A DNA stretch of 60,874 bases, the filler included, from Sphacelaria rigidula (taxonomy: Eukaryota): NCBI GenBank assembly GCA_964200075.2. It is 9 parts of 9 records of this genome, joined end to end, with 100 filler letters (N's around TTAATTAATTAA, not from the genome) between each part and the next. Parts side by side here need not be neighbours in the genome. Positions count along the whole stretch, not along the records: positions 20,327 to 27,001 come from CAXNAA020018699.1; positions 27,102 to 33,776 come from CAXNAA020018700.1; positions 33,877 to 40,551 come from CAXNAA020018701.1; 6 more parts are not named here. The stretch is one strand, 5' to 3'. Both the position numbers and the translations under genes were made by a program. Below the pieces are notes generated by a model. The model had not been told where the DNA came from. It was given only the letters and a program-made list of their open reading frames with translations, and searched no databases. Shown piece by piece: positions 22,469 through 35,499 of this stretch. The first letter of the stretch is position 1; each line of letters opens with the position of its first letter.

Positions 22469-24349
22469 ATGATCAGAGACAGGAAGAACAGAACGAATGT
22501 CGTTTCAGTAGTCGGGGGGTGGGGGTGTTTGGAAAAGCTCGCCGTTATCGATCAAGCGACAGCGGATATACCAGGTAGATAGAATCCAAATGCCAAGCGG
22601 AAATAAAAGTCGGCGGTGGCGTTTGCGATGTTTGATGTGTCGAGGTGGCGTTGCGCTGTTTTTCAGCTCGGGAAGAATTATTGATGAGTTTCTGGTTGTC
22701 ACTTTCGACCAGAAATACATATATAAGTGCCCGAAGTCTGACAAGTCGGGTGAAACAACAAACTCGGTTTATTTGAGGAAATAATCGTGGCACTCGCTTG
22801 ATGAGAGATAGTAAAGTTTTGATGTCTTGCAGAAGCATTGAACAGTGCTTACTGTCTTATAAAAAAATACATGTCATCTAGCACAACCATTCTTCTCGAA
22901 GTCAGTGGGGACAAGAATATGGTTCACGAAATTACGGTCTAGCGGCAGGCTGCTATGACGCGTGAGAGTCTCATGGAAAATGACAATAGTATAAGCGATG
23001 TAGGCATTCTATTGAAAGGGCACCAGCAGCAAGAAAAACTTACTTGTGCTCCTGTGTCCGTAGTGCTGTAATATCCGAGACATGAGTATATTCGTGGTTA
23101 CGATATCTTTATGAAGATGCTGTGTGTCTCTCCACCACAGCAGCAGTTAATCCGAAACCTCCGGCGAAGGAATTAAAAAAGTGGCCAGTCAAGGGGTTGT
23201 TTATCATCCAAAAACCGCCTCCACACATTTTTTCTACAGACGCATCGCGGGAATAACACCCTCCTAGACCTGTATTCTTGACAATATAAGTAGTATCACG
23301 CTCAATCCATCTACTGTGATTGCACATGCTTGGAAGACTCGTACTACTTCTTTCCTGTCGTAGTTCTGTGGTTTTTCACTTGCAATCTTTGTATCATTTT
23401 CATTACGTTATTCTGGACGCGCACACAGCGTGAATACTAGCGCAGACTGCGTGACCGCGGACCTGAACAATCAGGCTCGAGCCCGATGTGTCAGAGGCAT
23501 GCACGATGCTTAGTGCTGGTGTGTACTGCTTGCTACTTGCGGCAACGAAGTTTACAGCTGGAGAGCTCACATAGAAACTCTTGGTGTCGTGCCATAAGTG
23601 TATTTATACACGTCCCGTTCGAAGAATAAGGCGAAATACGAAGCTTCATTGTTCGTAATCTTGAAGAAGTCATCACTGCACGTGCTGCCACTGGTGTGCC
23701 GCACGCGCCAGGGCTCTCAGAGGCATGGACTTCACGGAGATCGACGATGAGTACGAGGAGCGGTGAGTGGCTGTTGCTCATTCACCATAACATCGTTTAT
23801 AGGCATGTAATTTTTCAGCGACAGCGATAGTGGTAGCGATATGTTCACATTTTCAAGGGCAACTGCCGACGAATGCATCAGAACCTCAGGTATAGTCTTC
23901 ATGTACAACTAATAGTAACACACGGCTGACGCGCGTGGTAGCAGTGCTGCAGGTATCAACGACACAGGTCTCGCACGTGATGAAAATATTACCCTGACAT
24001 TCACCATAATTTTATCAGTAGAAGCAGATAGGAACTCCCAACCCCTCGGCTAACCGTAACCACTGCGAAAGAAGAAAGAAGACCTGACCGTGTTGGCGCC
24101 AACCCGACAGCGCTACGCTCATGGCGAACCTATTTATGCCGAAAAAGTAAGGACCAAACCGAGTAGAGTGGCGCACCGTCTCTCATCTAGCCCCACCAGT
24201 AATATATTCTCAAGGCGTGCCCTGGAGCACTTATGTTGAGGTGACAACTCAACAGATCTTTCCTTCTCCGCACATTCGCGACGACACACCGATGGATGAA
24301 AATCACTTTTGAAAATTGATTGCCCCAATACCGACCAGTATTCAGCCTG

Positions 24350-25890
24350 ACCGAGAAGCATTTTTGTCCAGATTAGGGTTGCGCGATTATGGCCGAGCGT
24401 TTGAATAGCCACTGGGAAAAAAATCGAAGACGTAGCCGAAATCAGGGAAAGAACTATCGGATGAGACATGTGTATCACTGTGCTGCAGCACAACCGCCCT
24501 CTTGCTCTGCCTCGTGTGCTGTAGCTGTCGCTGCGCTGTGGCGTCTTCAGGCCTTTGTGGAGACCGTTTGATAAGGTTGGGGAATAGACCAGTATCTACC
24601 GACAGTATTCCTGCACTGGCAGTTTTTCTGTACAACGTCAGAGGCTGCCAGTACAGCCAGTACATACCCATCTTACGTACGTCCTATATTATGCCTCCTA
24701 AACTACATGGAAACCCACCGAAACTGCGCCGCATGAGAGGCAGGAGAGGAGAGAGGCTGAGAACAGGGCACACACACACTAAAGGGAGATCACAAAATCG
24801 ATGGACCAATATGTCACTAGCGGCAGCAGCCCGCCCACTTCAGACCCGAGCCCGGGGCCTCAGATCCCTGAACCCGCCGCTGCCTCCAGCGAATCATGAT
24901 TGTTGAAGTTTTTCTCTGGGTATACTAACAACTATCTGAAGAAACGTTTTCACACCCGGGCAGGCATTATGGAAGTGCCCCAAAATCACCCATAAAGTTT
25001 CTTCTAGTGAAGCCAAATCGCGTAAAAATACGCCTCCGGCGGGGCACCCTCACCAGCCGGGGTGGGCTGGTGGTCGCGGCTTCGCCGCGACCATGCGGCT
25101 TCGCCGCGACATCAATGTGCTGATAGGACCCAGTAAACTGGCTGCGGAGAGCAGCCAGTTTACCTGGTACTGGCGCGTAGCGCCAGTCCCCAACCCTACG
25201 GTTTGATCTCCGCTGGGAATGCCTCGGCTGTTTTATGTTGTCACTCCGTTCGTCTCTGTGAAGAATAATGTCAAGTCGGCACGCAGTGCTCTCTACACAC
25301 TGTTGAAACTTTTGGTGTGTTGACTGTTCCGTCTCGACTCAAACGAACAAACCGCTTCCCAAACCCATCTTTTCTATGCTGCAGTTGTCGCTGTGCTATT
25401 GTGCATCTATTGTAAACACTCTAAGACGACCACGGTGAGATGTGCGCTGGAGAGTGCCTGAGCAGTTGTACGGCTGCATGTTGTGTTTCGGCCTGCGCAG
25501 AATTGGGGTGGGATCAAAGTGCTGTCCAAACAAAGAAAGGTTGAAACAATCGTCACATGACGGCTGTGCAGCTGTCTGTTGCATCTTCTCTGGTATTTCA
25601 GTTATAGTCGGGTGCTGTGATCAGGGAAGACACGCAAGGCGGGTGCGTGCAGGTTGGGGCAAACAAACTGAACCAGCACGGATCTGCTGTATTCTCGTTT
25701 GTTAACGGTAGCAGCTGTCTGCCTCGCAGCGGCGTAATGTGTGGGCCAATCAAAGCTACTTTTTACTCATTTTCTACTCGTTTTTCTCATCTGACTGAAG
25801 AAAAGTCGCAGCATTTTGGTGTATTTCAAGACTATGGTCGAAAAACCTTTTCACTCATAATTTTTCCCATATCTGTGGGCCCAGTGCCTA
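24350..25890 (+). mobile_element. Repeat family A copy, split by a hAT insertion
   Basis: 24350-24571 and 25199-25890 are collinear with 29750-30660 once 24572-25198 is removed. Confidence 0.8.
24572..25198. mobile_element. Non-autonomous hAT element (627 bp) with 8-bp TSD
   Basis: TIRs TAAGGTTGGGGA / TCCCCAACCCTA. TSDs CCGTTTGA (24564-24571) and CGGTTTGA (25199-25206). The empty site GACGGTTTGATCTCC is seen in the family A copy at ~1121. Confidence 0.85.
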
Positions 25891-27162
25891 AAAGAAGGGT
25901 TGATGAGTTGTATTTACGAAAATAAATGAGGCGTTTTCGTCGTGTAACGTCATCTTTTTGCCTGTGGCGTGCGAGAGCAAATGATGAACCAGCTCAAATC
26001 GACGATACATGGCAGAAGCAGCACACAACAGACTGCACGCCACACAGCACAGCAGTGAAACAGTACGCATCGGGTCACACGCAACTCTACACCATGACTG
26101 GCGCGGTCACTCTTGGTGTTGGTGCTGCACCCGCCACCGTCAATTCCGCATCGGAGTTTCCTCCACTTGGTGAGTCAAGGTGGAAATACAACCGATTCGA
26201 CCTTGTCGGTGGCACTGTTTTTTTTAATGTCAAGGGGTATAGGGTGTGTTGAAATACTAATTGGAGGGCACCGGTTCCGTGCCGAGTGCCTCGAGTTCCT
26301 ACCAGCAGCCCGAGCAAGTTGTGCAAGGCGGGATATATTGTGGCTACTTTGGCTACTGGGTGTCGCTACCGTGCGCTTGAGAGTGCATACATAAATGTGA
26401 GCGTGGCCGACATCCAAAGTCATCGTGACAGAGCGGGCAAGGAGCAGAAGTAAATATACAAACGTCGCAAAACCTATCAGACTTTTCGTTTTTTGTTCGT
26501 GTTCCTTGATCAATTTCTGAACCCGTGTACAGATCTGGGGTTCGATCTGCACAAAACTGCTTCTCGATAGGATTCAAAACTGGTCGTTTTGGGTGCAATC
26601 CCCTTTCGAAAGGCGATGTTGAAAAAGAGAAAGAACCCTTTCGTTATGAAAGGCCCACTAAGTGGTGTTCAAATGGTGGGACACCCATGTATCATCTGAT
26701 TTTGAGCACTTTTTGCGCACAGTCTTTTCTGGTTTGGGGGCTCCTCACGATTTTGGATGCACAAGAATATGGGTCAGAGCATCCCCGTTTGCAAATCCAT
26801 TCGGGATATCCATATTATAGCACATTAGAATGGTAAATCCTGGCGTACTCGCTCATACTCCGTAAAGTCGTGTTTTGGATGAGATGAAGTGCTCGTAACA
26901 GATAATATTTGCGCACCCCTACCGCGTCTTTCTTTCTTTTCTCTCTCCGTTGAACTCGGGGGAGCTACTTCTCACCGGTTTTCGTGGCGTCGCTCTTCTT
27001 ANNNNNNNNNNNNNNNNNNNNNNNNNNNNNNNNNNNNNNNNNNNNTTAATTAATTAANNNNNNNNNNNNNNNNNNNNNNNNNNNNNNNNNNNNNNNNNNN
27101 NTTTTTTCCTGTTTTTTCCCCTCCCCTTTTTTGCGGGGGGGGGCGGAAATTTCTGTGGGGGG

Positions 27163-27197
<35 letters not shown>

Positions 27198-27744
27198 CGT
27201 ACTCTTTTGAAGCTTGCCTTAGTCGTTTGACCATTGACCACGTATCCCTTTTGAGAAGGAGCAAAGAGAAGGGAGGGGAAGGGGGAGTGCAGTATACTAT
27301 ATTTCGTTCTTCCGTACTGCTGTGCGAAAAATATCTGTAGTATCCATTTCGTGTTAAACTTTGACGACGTTACAATCACATGTACGGTTCATGCGCTTCC
27401 CACACAAGCTCTACTGTGACTTCATGAACTCCGCCATCCACGCGACTGTAATCTGGACCCTAGCTGTGTCACGACCGTCGTACCTACCCCTTATCCTGCC
27501 ATGGGGGGGTGGGCGGAGGGGTGGGGGTTGGGGGTTGGGGACGGAAAGGAGGAAGGACTCCCTGCTCACACAAGTTCATCCCTGGATATGCTCATTCAAG
27601 GCAAGACATACACATTTCATTTCTTCACAGTTTGTCTCTCCCCCTCTCCCCCTCTCTCCCTCTCTCACACACACGTGGGGTGAAAACAACTGAAAATAGA
27701 CGTGTGTATGTATTTGTGTGTCTTGATACTAGGGCTACACTTAC

Positions 27745-30700
27745 ATGCGACTCCAGCTCCGTGCACTTGTGGGTGATGTTGACGCTCATGCCGTTCTCAT
27801 CTTTCGTCCTGAAATACAAGCACGCATAAAGTCCCGAAAGTTGCCCCAAGAAGTGTGTCATCTAGGTCAGCATGGGGACTGTGGCAGGGCGAGAAGGTGT
27901 GGCTTAAGGGTGGCGATTGGTGAGGTTGGTGGGGTGCCCGAAGCCTCCAAGAATCCGATACCAGACAGCCCTGCCTCCGGGCGTTGGAGGATGACCACTG
28001 CAGGCGTCGATGGTTGCCCGTAAGCCAGGCAAGCGCCAACGCGAATTTCTCGCGAACTCTAGTCTTAAGCCAACAGAATTACAACAGTCCAGGCCACATG
28101 CTTTGGCGGGTGGGTTAGTTTTTTTCTTCGAACGTTCGAAACGACACAGCCTGCCGAGGTCAACACCCCTACCCCAACTCTCAACGCCGCAAGCATCACG
28201 CTTGGGCGACAGGGGCTTGTAAGGAGTATATGCTCGCCGCTGCGGGTTAATGCGTGCTGCCTGTGATCGTGTCGACTTGTGCTCACCCTACTCAGTAGGT
28301 TGTGGAGGATGAGGGGAAATATATTTCACGGGGAGGACAAATCACGACTTACACGAGTTGACTCCTCATGACATGGCAGGAGTCAACCTGTATTCAAGTG
28401 TTCATCCCGCATGCACCCGACGGCGAACAACATATGCGGTATAGTCATCTCAACCGCATACAGATTGGGAGAAAATTACGACTGATGCAAGGCCCATATC
28501 ATGAGAGGATTCAACGATGTGCAGACTCTTCGTTCCGCATGACTCATTCACGCCTCATGGCAAGTGTGGGTGGTATGTACAATCCCTTCATTCCGCATTT
28601 TTTACAGAGGATTAGTATACGTCCATGATCCATCACGTATGACCTGAAGGTAGGAAACAGGTACCGTTGGCGGTGTACTGCACGACACAAGAGCTCGAAA
28701 CCTGTATGAATCACAAATGATGTACGAATCGCATGATTTATTCGTTGAAATGAGTTACATGAGTTGAACCACGATTTTATTTGTCCTAACCGTGATATAT
28801 TTGCAAAAATCTTGGGCACAAAATCAGTACACCACCGCATAACACTCGCAATCGCCGCCTACAGCACGCACACTTCCGACCAAACGCGGCACATCGTTCG
28901 GTTCTTCAGCAACAGCCGTCTATTGACCACATGCATGTACTACTTACAATTAGATCGACCCATCTACTCTACCGCTTAAATATAACTGTCCCTGCAGACG
29001 GTGAAAACGTTGCCAATCGTGACTTATGCACGAATAATCATGACGGGCGGCTATGCGTCGCTATGGCCTGTTCTACATAGGTGTTATCTCTTCATCACAA
29101 CCAACCCATACCCCCCCCCTTCCCCCCTTCCTACCCGAGACCCGGCCAACCGACGACCAGCAACGGGTGTGTACGCCTGAAGGGGAGTCAGCACGGCGTC
29201 TCTTGTTTTCGTATTTTGTTGGCTAATGCTTGTTCCCGCCCTTGTCTTATCTACTGTTCCTCGAGAGCGTTTTGTGTCGATTCCACCCGCGTGTTTTTCG
29301 AGTGAGCGCGTCTGACTGCCTCGGGTGCGTCCATCTCCTACATTCGCTGCGAACCAGTCCAAGTTGACCAGCCTACAATACCGATTATTCGATGTCACGG
29401 ATGCAATCAATCCACGGTATTTACATCAATGCGTTACCTTCCACAAGCTACTAATAACGTTCTTGTGGCCCAGTGAGCGCACATAAACCGCGCCGGAAAT
29501 GCATCTTACGCACAACAACCATCAGGCGATATATTCCGAATCGATTTTGGATGTTAACATCCCCCGAAAGGAGCCTTCAAAGAGAAAAAAATCGCGTATG
29601 CATGCATGCGGTCAGGGCAATCGTTCTGTTCCGGAGTAAATTTCTCAGGCAAAAGGGAAGAAAAAAAGTATCGTGCTCTCTCGAGCGCGGTCTGTAAAAA
29701 TTGTACTCCCGGGTAGAAAGAGGCTCACCTCCCACAGATCGGGGTAACTCAGAGTGAAATAAAATATTTTCGCGCGAAGCGCGATTTTGGCCGAGCGTTT
29801 GAAAATCGCCACTCGGGAAAAATCGAGAACCCACCCGGAATCAGGGGCATGACTATCGAATGGGACATATCCTGTACCACTGTGCTGCAGCACAAACACT
29901 CTCATGCTCTGTCTCGTGTGCTGTAGCTGTCGCTGCGCTGTGACGTCTTCAGGCCTTTGTGGAGACGGTTTCATCTCCGCTGCATGGGAATGCCTGAATT
30001 GCTTTATATTGACATTCCGTTCGTCTCCATGAAAAATAATACTGTCGGCACGCAGTGCTCTCTACACACTGTTGAGACCTTCATGGTGTGTTGGCTGTTT
30101 CGTCTCGAGTCAAACGAACAAGGCGCTTCCCAAACCCATTATTTCTATGCTGTTTCTCGCTGTGCGGTTGTGCATCTCAACACTCTACGACGATCACGGT
30201 GCGATGTGCACTGGAGAGTGCCTGAGCATTCGTGCTGCTGCATGCTGTGTTTCGGGGTGCACAGTATTGGCGTGGGATGAAAGTGCTGTCCAAAGAAGGA
30301 AATGTTGAAACAATCGTCACGTGACGGCTGTGCAGCTGTCTGTCGCTTCTTTCCTGGTACTTCGGGTATAGTCGGGTGCTGTGATCGGGGAAGCCACGTA
30401 AGGCGGGTGCGTGCAGATTGGAGCAAACATACTGAGCCGGCACGGATCTGCTGCATCCTCGTTTGTTGACGGTAGTAGCTGTCTGTTTCGCAGCGGCGCA
30501 ATATGTGAACCAATCAAAGCTACTCTTCGACTCACATTCACCTCGTTTATCTCATCTGATTGAAGAAAAGTCGCCGCATTTTGATGTATTTAAATACTAT
30601 GATTGGTCAATAAACATTTCCACTCATAATTCTTGCTCCCATCTGTGGACTCAGTGCCTAATGAGATACAGAAAAAGGGAATAAAAATGTGAAAGAGTAG

Positions 30701-33611
30701 AGCCGCCGTCCTCTGGTTTTTCGTCCCGAGCGTTCCAGATTTTTTCGTCTCACGCAGAACCCACCACAGCGGGCATCACATATGCTCAAAACAAAGTATA
30801 GCAGCTGCTACGATAGCGGCCATCAAAGGTACACCTTTCCCAACACTATCTTATTTGGCGCCGACGCCTCTAGGAGGAAGTACGGAAATCGTCTCAGTAG
30901 CGCTGGGTTTCACTGCTCCAACGCGTGCTATGTATTAGGTGAATATTGCTGGAAAATAACACAGTACCTTCCGTGCACGAGGCCCGGCCGATCAATACCC
31001 CGTAAGTACTGCCCCCCCAACCGCGTCGCCCAATTTCAAGGTTTTTACCCCGTCTCGCTTCCTATATATATATCTCCTTTCAAAGCGTTTGCAATCAGGA
31101 GCCCTCTTAGACCCTCCACTCGAGCTTAGAAAAAAAAAAAAGGTGTTGCGTACGCTCGCCTGATCACGCCGTCGAGGGCCTTGAACTGGAGAGTCACTCG
31201 CTTCTGCGTCAGCTGAAAAGACCTGATTACCACGCTAACCTGCGCACAGTGAAGGACGAATTGTTTCACGATATCATCATTTTGCCTTACCTCATGCCGC
31301 ACGTTTCAAGAATGCAACTTACAGCGCCGAAACCGGAAGTGCAAGTAGAGAATCTGAAGGTTAATGCAGCTGAAGACACAAATCACAAGAAACAGGCCGA
31401 ATACCAGCGAGAGCATGCCTCCTAAAGCTCGTTTTATCGAGAGACTCGCAGGGAAGCTCTCGCCCCGAGAGCGCTGCTGTCTTTCGTCTGTCACGAGCTC
31501 ATCGTGGGTGCTTCGACCTCGCACTGCGCTGACCGTATCCGCTGACAGCAACACCAAAAGACACACGACCAAGCGCATCACTTGTTCTTATTCGCTCTCT
31601 CTGTCTCTCTTTATCTCTCTTTTCTCTTTTCCCCTGCCTGATTTTTGTTCGTTTCTTGTACAGAAGTCAACCTTTTAATATTGTATGAACTCAATCGGGA
31701 TTTTTTCATACACGGTTTATCGCTTTCCCTCGAGAGTCAAGACTGTCGGTAGGCGTTGGAGAGAAAAGCAGGATTTCTCAAGTACATATTGTTGGAACGA
31801 TACGGAGTAGTCGAACTTTCAATATGTTATGAACTCAATCGGGATTTCTTCATAGACAGTTTGTCGCTTTCACTCGAGAGTTGAGACAGTCGGTAGGCGT
31901 TGGAGAGAAAAGCAGGATTTCCCCAGTATATATTGTCGGAACGACACGGAGTAAGACCCCGTTTACCGACGGGGTGTTATTGCCCACATATGGCCCAAAA
32001 ACACGGTGTTTTGGTTGTAGCGCGATGAATATCGAGAAAATAAAGAGAATAACTGAAGTTATTCTCCACAACGATCCGGATCGGTTCGGTCGAGCGAAAA
32101 TATCCAAGAGCGAGAGCATAGGGCTGTACACTATTAGGAACCTCTAAAGACCTGTGAACCCGTATCTCGTAAAAATTGGTCGTACATTATGTTTTTTTTC
32201 GAAATTTGTGTTGGATACTCATGTATCTTGATTCCCAAAGCTTGGTATCAGACAGAAACCGTGATGAGTCATGGTGACCGCGAAATATCGCTTCTAATCG
32301 AATATGCGAAGTTCAAATCTTGACCATAACACTACATGTGTGTACTATGGCGGTGATTGTGTCTCGCCCCCGAAGAGTTCGTGCATAACAGCTATGCACA
32401 TAACATTGTGGTTCCACAATAGGTTCTCAGCATTTTTTGTTGCTGTTTCTCGCGAGGTCTTTTATTTCCCTGAAGCCATGCTGCAGGGGCTGGCTGTTTC
32501 TATATTCCTTGTTTATTGATAACATTATTTCCTCAAATCTATCTACATATATATATATATATATTGTGCCATCATATTAATCATTTTCTCATCGGGACCG
32601 GTTATCTTCTTGTTCGTATTCCCTTGTCCTGTCCTTTCCCGTTCTCCTCTTCTGTTTTATCGGTCTCTTGTTCTTACTCAGTATACTTACGAGTGATGCT
32701 ACGGTAGGGATACACACGTATTTTCTGAGGTTAGCATTGTTAGGAGTCCTTTTTCTCATCCAAAACACGACTTATGGAAATATGCGAGAGTACGCCAGGA
32801 TTACAATTCCAATATGCTGGGGATATCCCGAATGAATCTGCAAACGGGGATACCCTGACGCATATTCTTGTGCGTCTAGGATCGTTAGAAGCCCATGAAC
32901 CAGACAAAATTTCGCGAAAAAAGTGCACCCCTACCGTAGCATTGCTCTTACTCCGTTCGCTTTCATCTCTCTTCATTTTCCTCTTTGCTCGAGATTTCCT
33001 TCAGCGAGTGCTCTCCGCTTTGTTTTACCTTGGGGGTGGTACTACGTACTGTGGCGGGGCACAAATATCCACAAATATCTTCCGAGCTTCGGATTTGATA
33101 AGAGCCCTCTACCTCATCCAGAAGTCGGCTGATGAAATATGTGAGAGCACCCCACGATTAGCATTCCAATAGCTCTTAGCGATATTGCGAATGAATTTGG
33201 AAACAGGAATGCTGACCCCTATTATTGTGTAGCTCCCAACTAAGGGAGCCCCTGAAAGAGACGGATATGGACCCAAATGTACGACCCCTACCTTAGCATG
33301 ACTCCTTGCGTACGTCTCGTGGAGAATGACCACGACTGGATCCCTTATGGATCAGTTAATGCGCGACGTTCAATAAATTCATCAATTGCAGCACCCTGGA
33401 CGTTCTTTTTCATCTCGAAAAAAAAAAAAATCGAAACGTTTTGGCAAACTTCTGTGTCCTCCCCCCTCCCTCCCTGTAAGACGTCAAACAATCGTACAGT
33501 ATTTCCAAAATCACGCGGCGTGCTTTGCCCATGCAGACCAGATCTCACCTTCGCGTCTCGGCCGGAGAAGCGGAGCTTGATGTTGGCCTTCACCTCGCTC
33601 GTGCCCGACAC
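27745..33611 (-). CDS. RAD50: DNA repair protein RAD50, N-terminal ATPase region, partial; complement join(33549-33611, 31160-31239, 27745-27808)
   Basis: Spliced translation VSGTSEVKANIKLRFSGRDAK-VSVVIRSFQLTQKRVTLQFKALDGVIR-TKDENGMSVNITHKCTELESH. This matches the eukaryotic RAD50 pattern EVKAQIKLRF...RSFQLTQK...FKALD...S.KC.ELD upstream of the Q-loop. Phases are compatible. Confidence 0.9.
29722..30660 (+). mobile_element. Uninterrupted ~940-bp copy of repeat family A in a RAD50 intron
   Basis: Starts GGCTCACCTCCCACAGAT and ends ATCTGTGGACTCAGTGCCTA; homologous to the other family A copies in contigs 1 and 4. Confidence 0.8.
31684..31955. repeat. Tandem duplication, period ~144 bp
   Basis: TATGAACTCAATCGGGATTT...GTCGGTAGGCGTTGGAGAGAAAAGCAGGATTT...ACGGAGTA occurs twice. 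Confidence 0.85.
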
Positions 33612-35499
33612 CTGTTCAGGGAAACAGACACAGCAGGAAGGTATGATCACGAATGAGCACATTTTTAATGGACAAAAGGCGGGGGGGGGGGGGGGGGGGG
33701 GCCCCCGCATCTTGCATGCCGGAGGCGTATCACCCTTACCCCCCCCCCCCCGGGAGGGGGGGCCCCGGTGTTTCCCNNNNNNNNNNNNNNNNNNNNNNNN
33801 NNNNNNNNNNNNNNNNNNNNTTAATTAATTAANNNNNNNNNNNNNNNNNNNNNNNNNNNNNNNNNNNNNNNNNNNNCCCCCCCCCCCCCCACCCTGTCGG
33901 GCATGATCGAGGTATTGTTCCTCGCGCTGGCGCAGCCCGAGGGGGGGGTTTAGCGCAGGACATGGGATCCGTGCGCTGCCACTTTTCCCCCTGTGGTGTA
34001 GAGTAACAAGAGTGCTCACCCGACTTACTTCTCTCGATTCTTCGACGTACCAAAATATGACGCGTCATGGGTTCACCTCCACAGGTTACTTATTCCAAAT
34101 AAGAGCTTATCCTCGGTACTTCTACTACAAACAGTTGGCAAGTCGGATTGCCCACTTGAGCCTCATCTCAGAGTTAAACCTCAATTCGCACAATTTGCTG
34201 TTTGCTGCTACTGCTGCTGCTGCTGCTGTTTCCACCGTGCTTTCTGCTATCCTGGTTTGCTGTTGTTGTCCCGCTTGTTGTGTTGTTTTTGCCTCTACCG
34301 CCTACTGTCGTCTATACTTTTCTTGCTTGCTATCGCATCGCATGCTGTCATATCCACGCGTATTTCACGCTATCATGTTCCCATCATTTTGTACCTTGCT
34401 GTGATTGGAACGCACAGTTTTTGTCATTATCGCCTGCATTTTATCACCTTCGCCTGACCTACACCGTTACCCATAACATCACCGCTGTACCTAACCATCA
34501 ATGATCATGTTCCAGACATTCTCCAAATTATTTCGGTCTTTGTGTTGCATATTGAACTCGGACAATCAACCCATCATGATCAGCACTGGATGCATTTTCT
34601 TTCCGGGGTTGCACTTTTATCGTGGCCATGGGGATTTGTAAAATGCACGTGCGGTAAAGCTGTGAACTTCTTTCGGTCTTGCTAATTTTTCTTTCATCTT
34701 ACACACTCATATTGTCTGCATCTCCGGGTGTCGTGTCTACTTTAACTGTCTTTTGAGCCACTCGATTGTATTTTGAGTGCTTTGTAATTTTGCGCCGCCG
34801 TCGTCTTGCTCTTTTGAGCTGCACAATTTTTCATTTTATGTTTCGTCAATTTTGTGTTGTGTTTTGCGCCCTTGATGTTTTTCTTTTGATCGTGCGGGTG
34901 TAGGCTATCCGCACGACCCTGTCTGTTGCGCTGCCTGCACTCATCATGCTTGAGCAGGATTCCGCTGGTGATCGTTTCATCTATCTGGTTCGCAAGGCCG
35001 AAGCGCCGAATTTACCGCCCGGCACACGACATTTCGATCTGCGTCACGTGGTATAAAACCGAGCCATATTTTCACGGACTCCAAGACTTTCAACGCATAC
35101 TAACCGTGCCCTCTATTACTTCCTCCCTTGTTTCACCTACACTCTTGCCTTGGGTGTGTCACATCCCGATGAGGGGACCGGCGCTGAACGTGATTGCTTT
35201 GGGGAGGACACGCAGGAAACACTGAACGGTTTGCTCACGACGGTATGTTCCGGCGTGGAGTGTCAGCAATTTGGCTTGGTATAGCTAATCTCGTGTACCT
35301 TTTTATAGGATTCTGGTGGCAGGGTTATTGCCTTGGTGTTACTTGACATGATCTCCATTTTATCCCACTCTGGTGATCGATTGTATGGTTTGCGATTCAA
35401 CAGGTTGACTTCTTGACGCACCCTGTACCGTAGTTGACTACTACCTTGTCCCTTCCTGATACCGTAGTTGGATACTACTTTGTTCAGTTGCTCTAAAGT

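Noticed and set aside
22640..24130. AT-rich stretch upstream of the EsV-1-7 gene as an endogenous viral fragment
   Set aside because: No long ORF or recognisable viral motif. It cannot be supported without a translated search.
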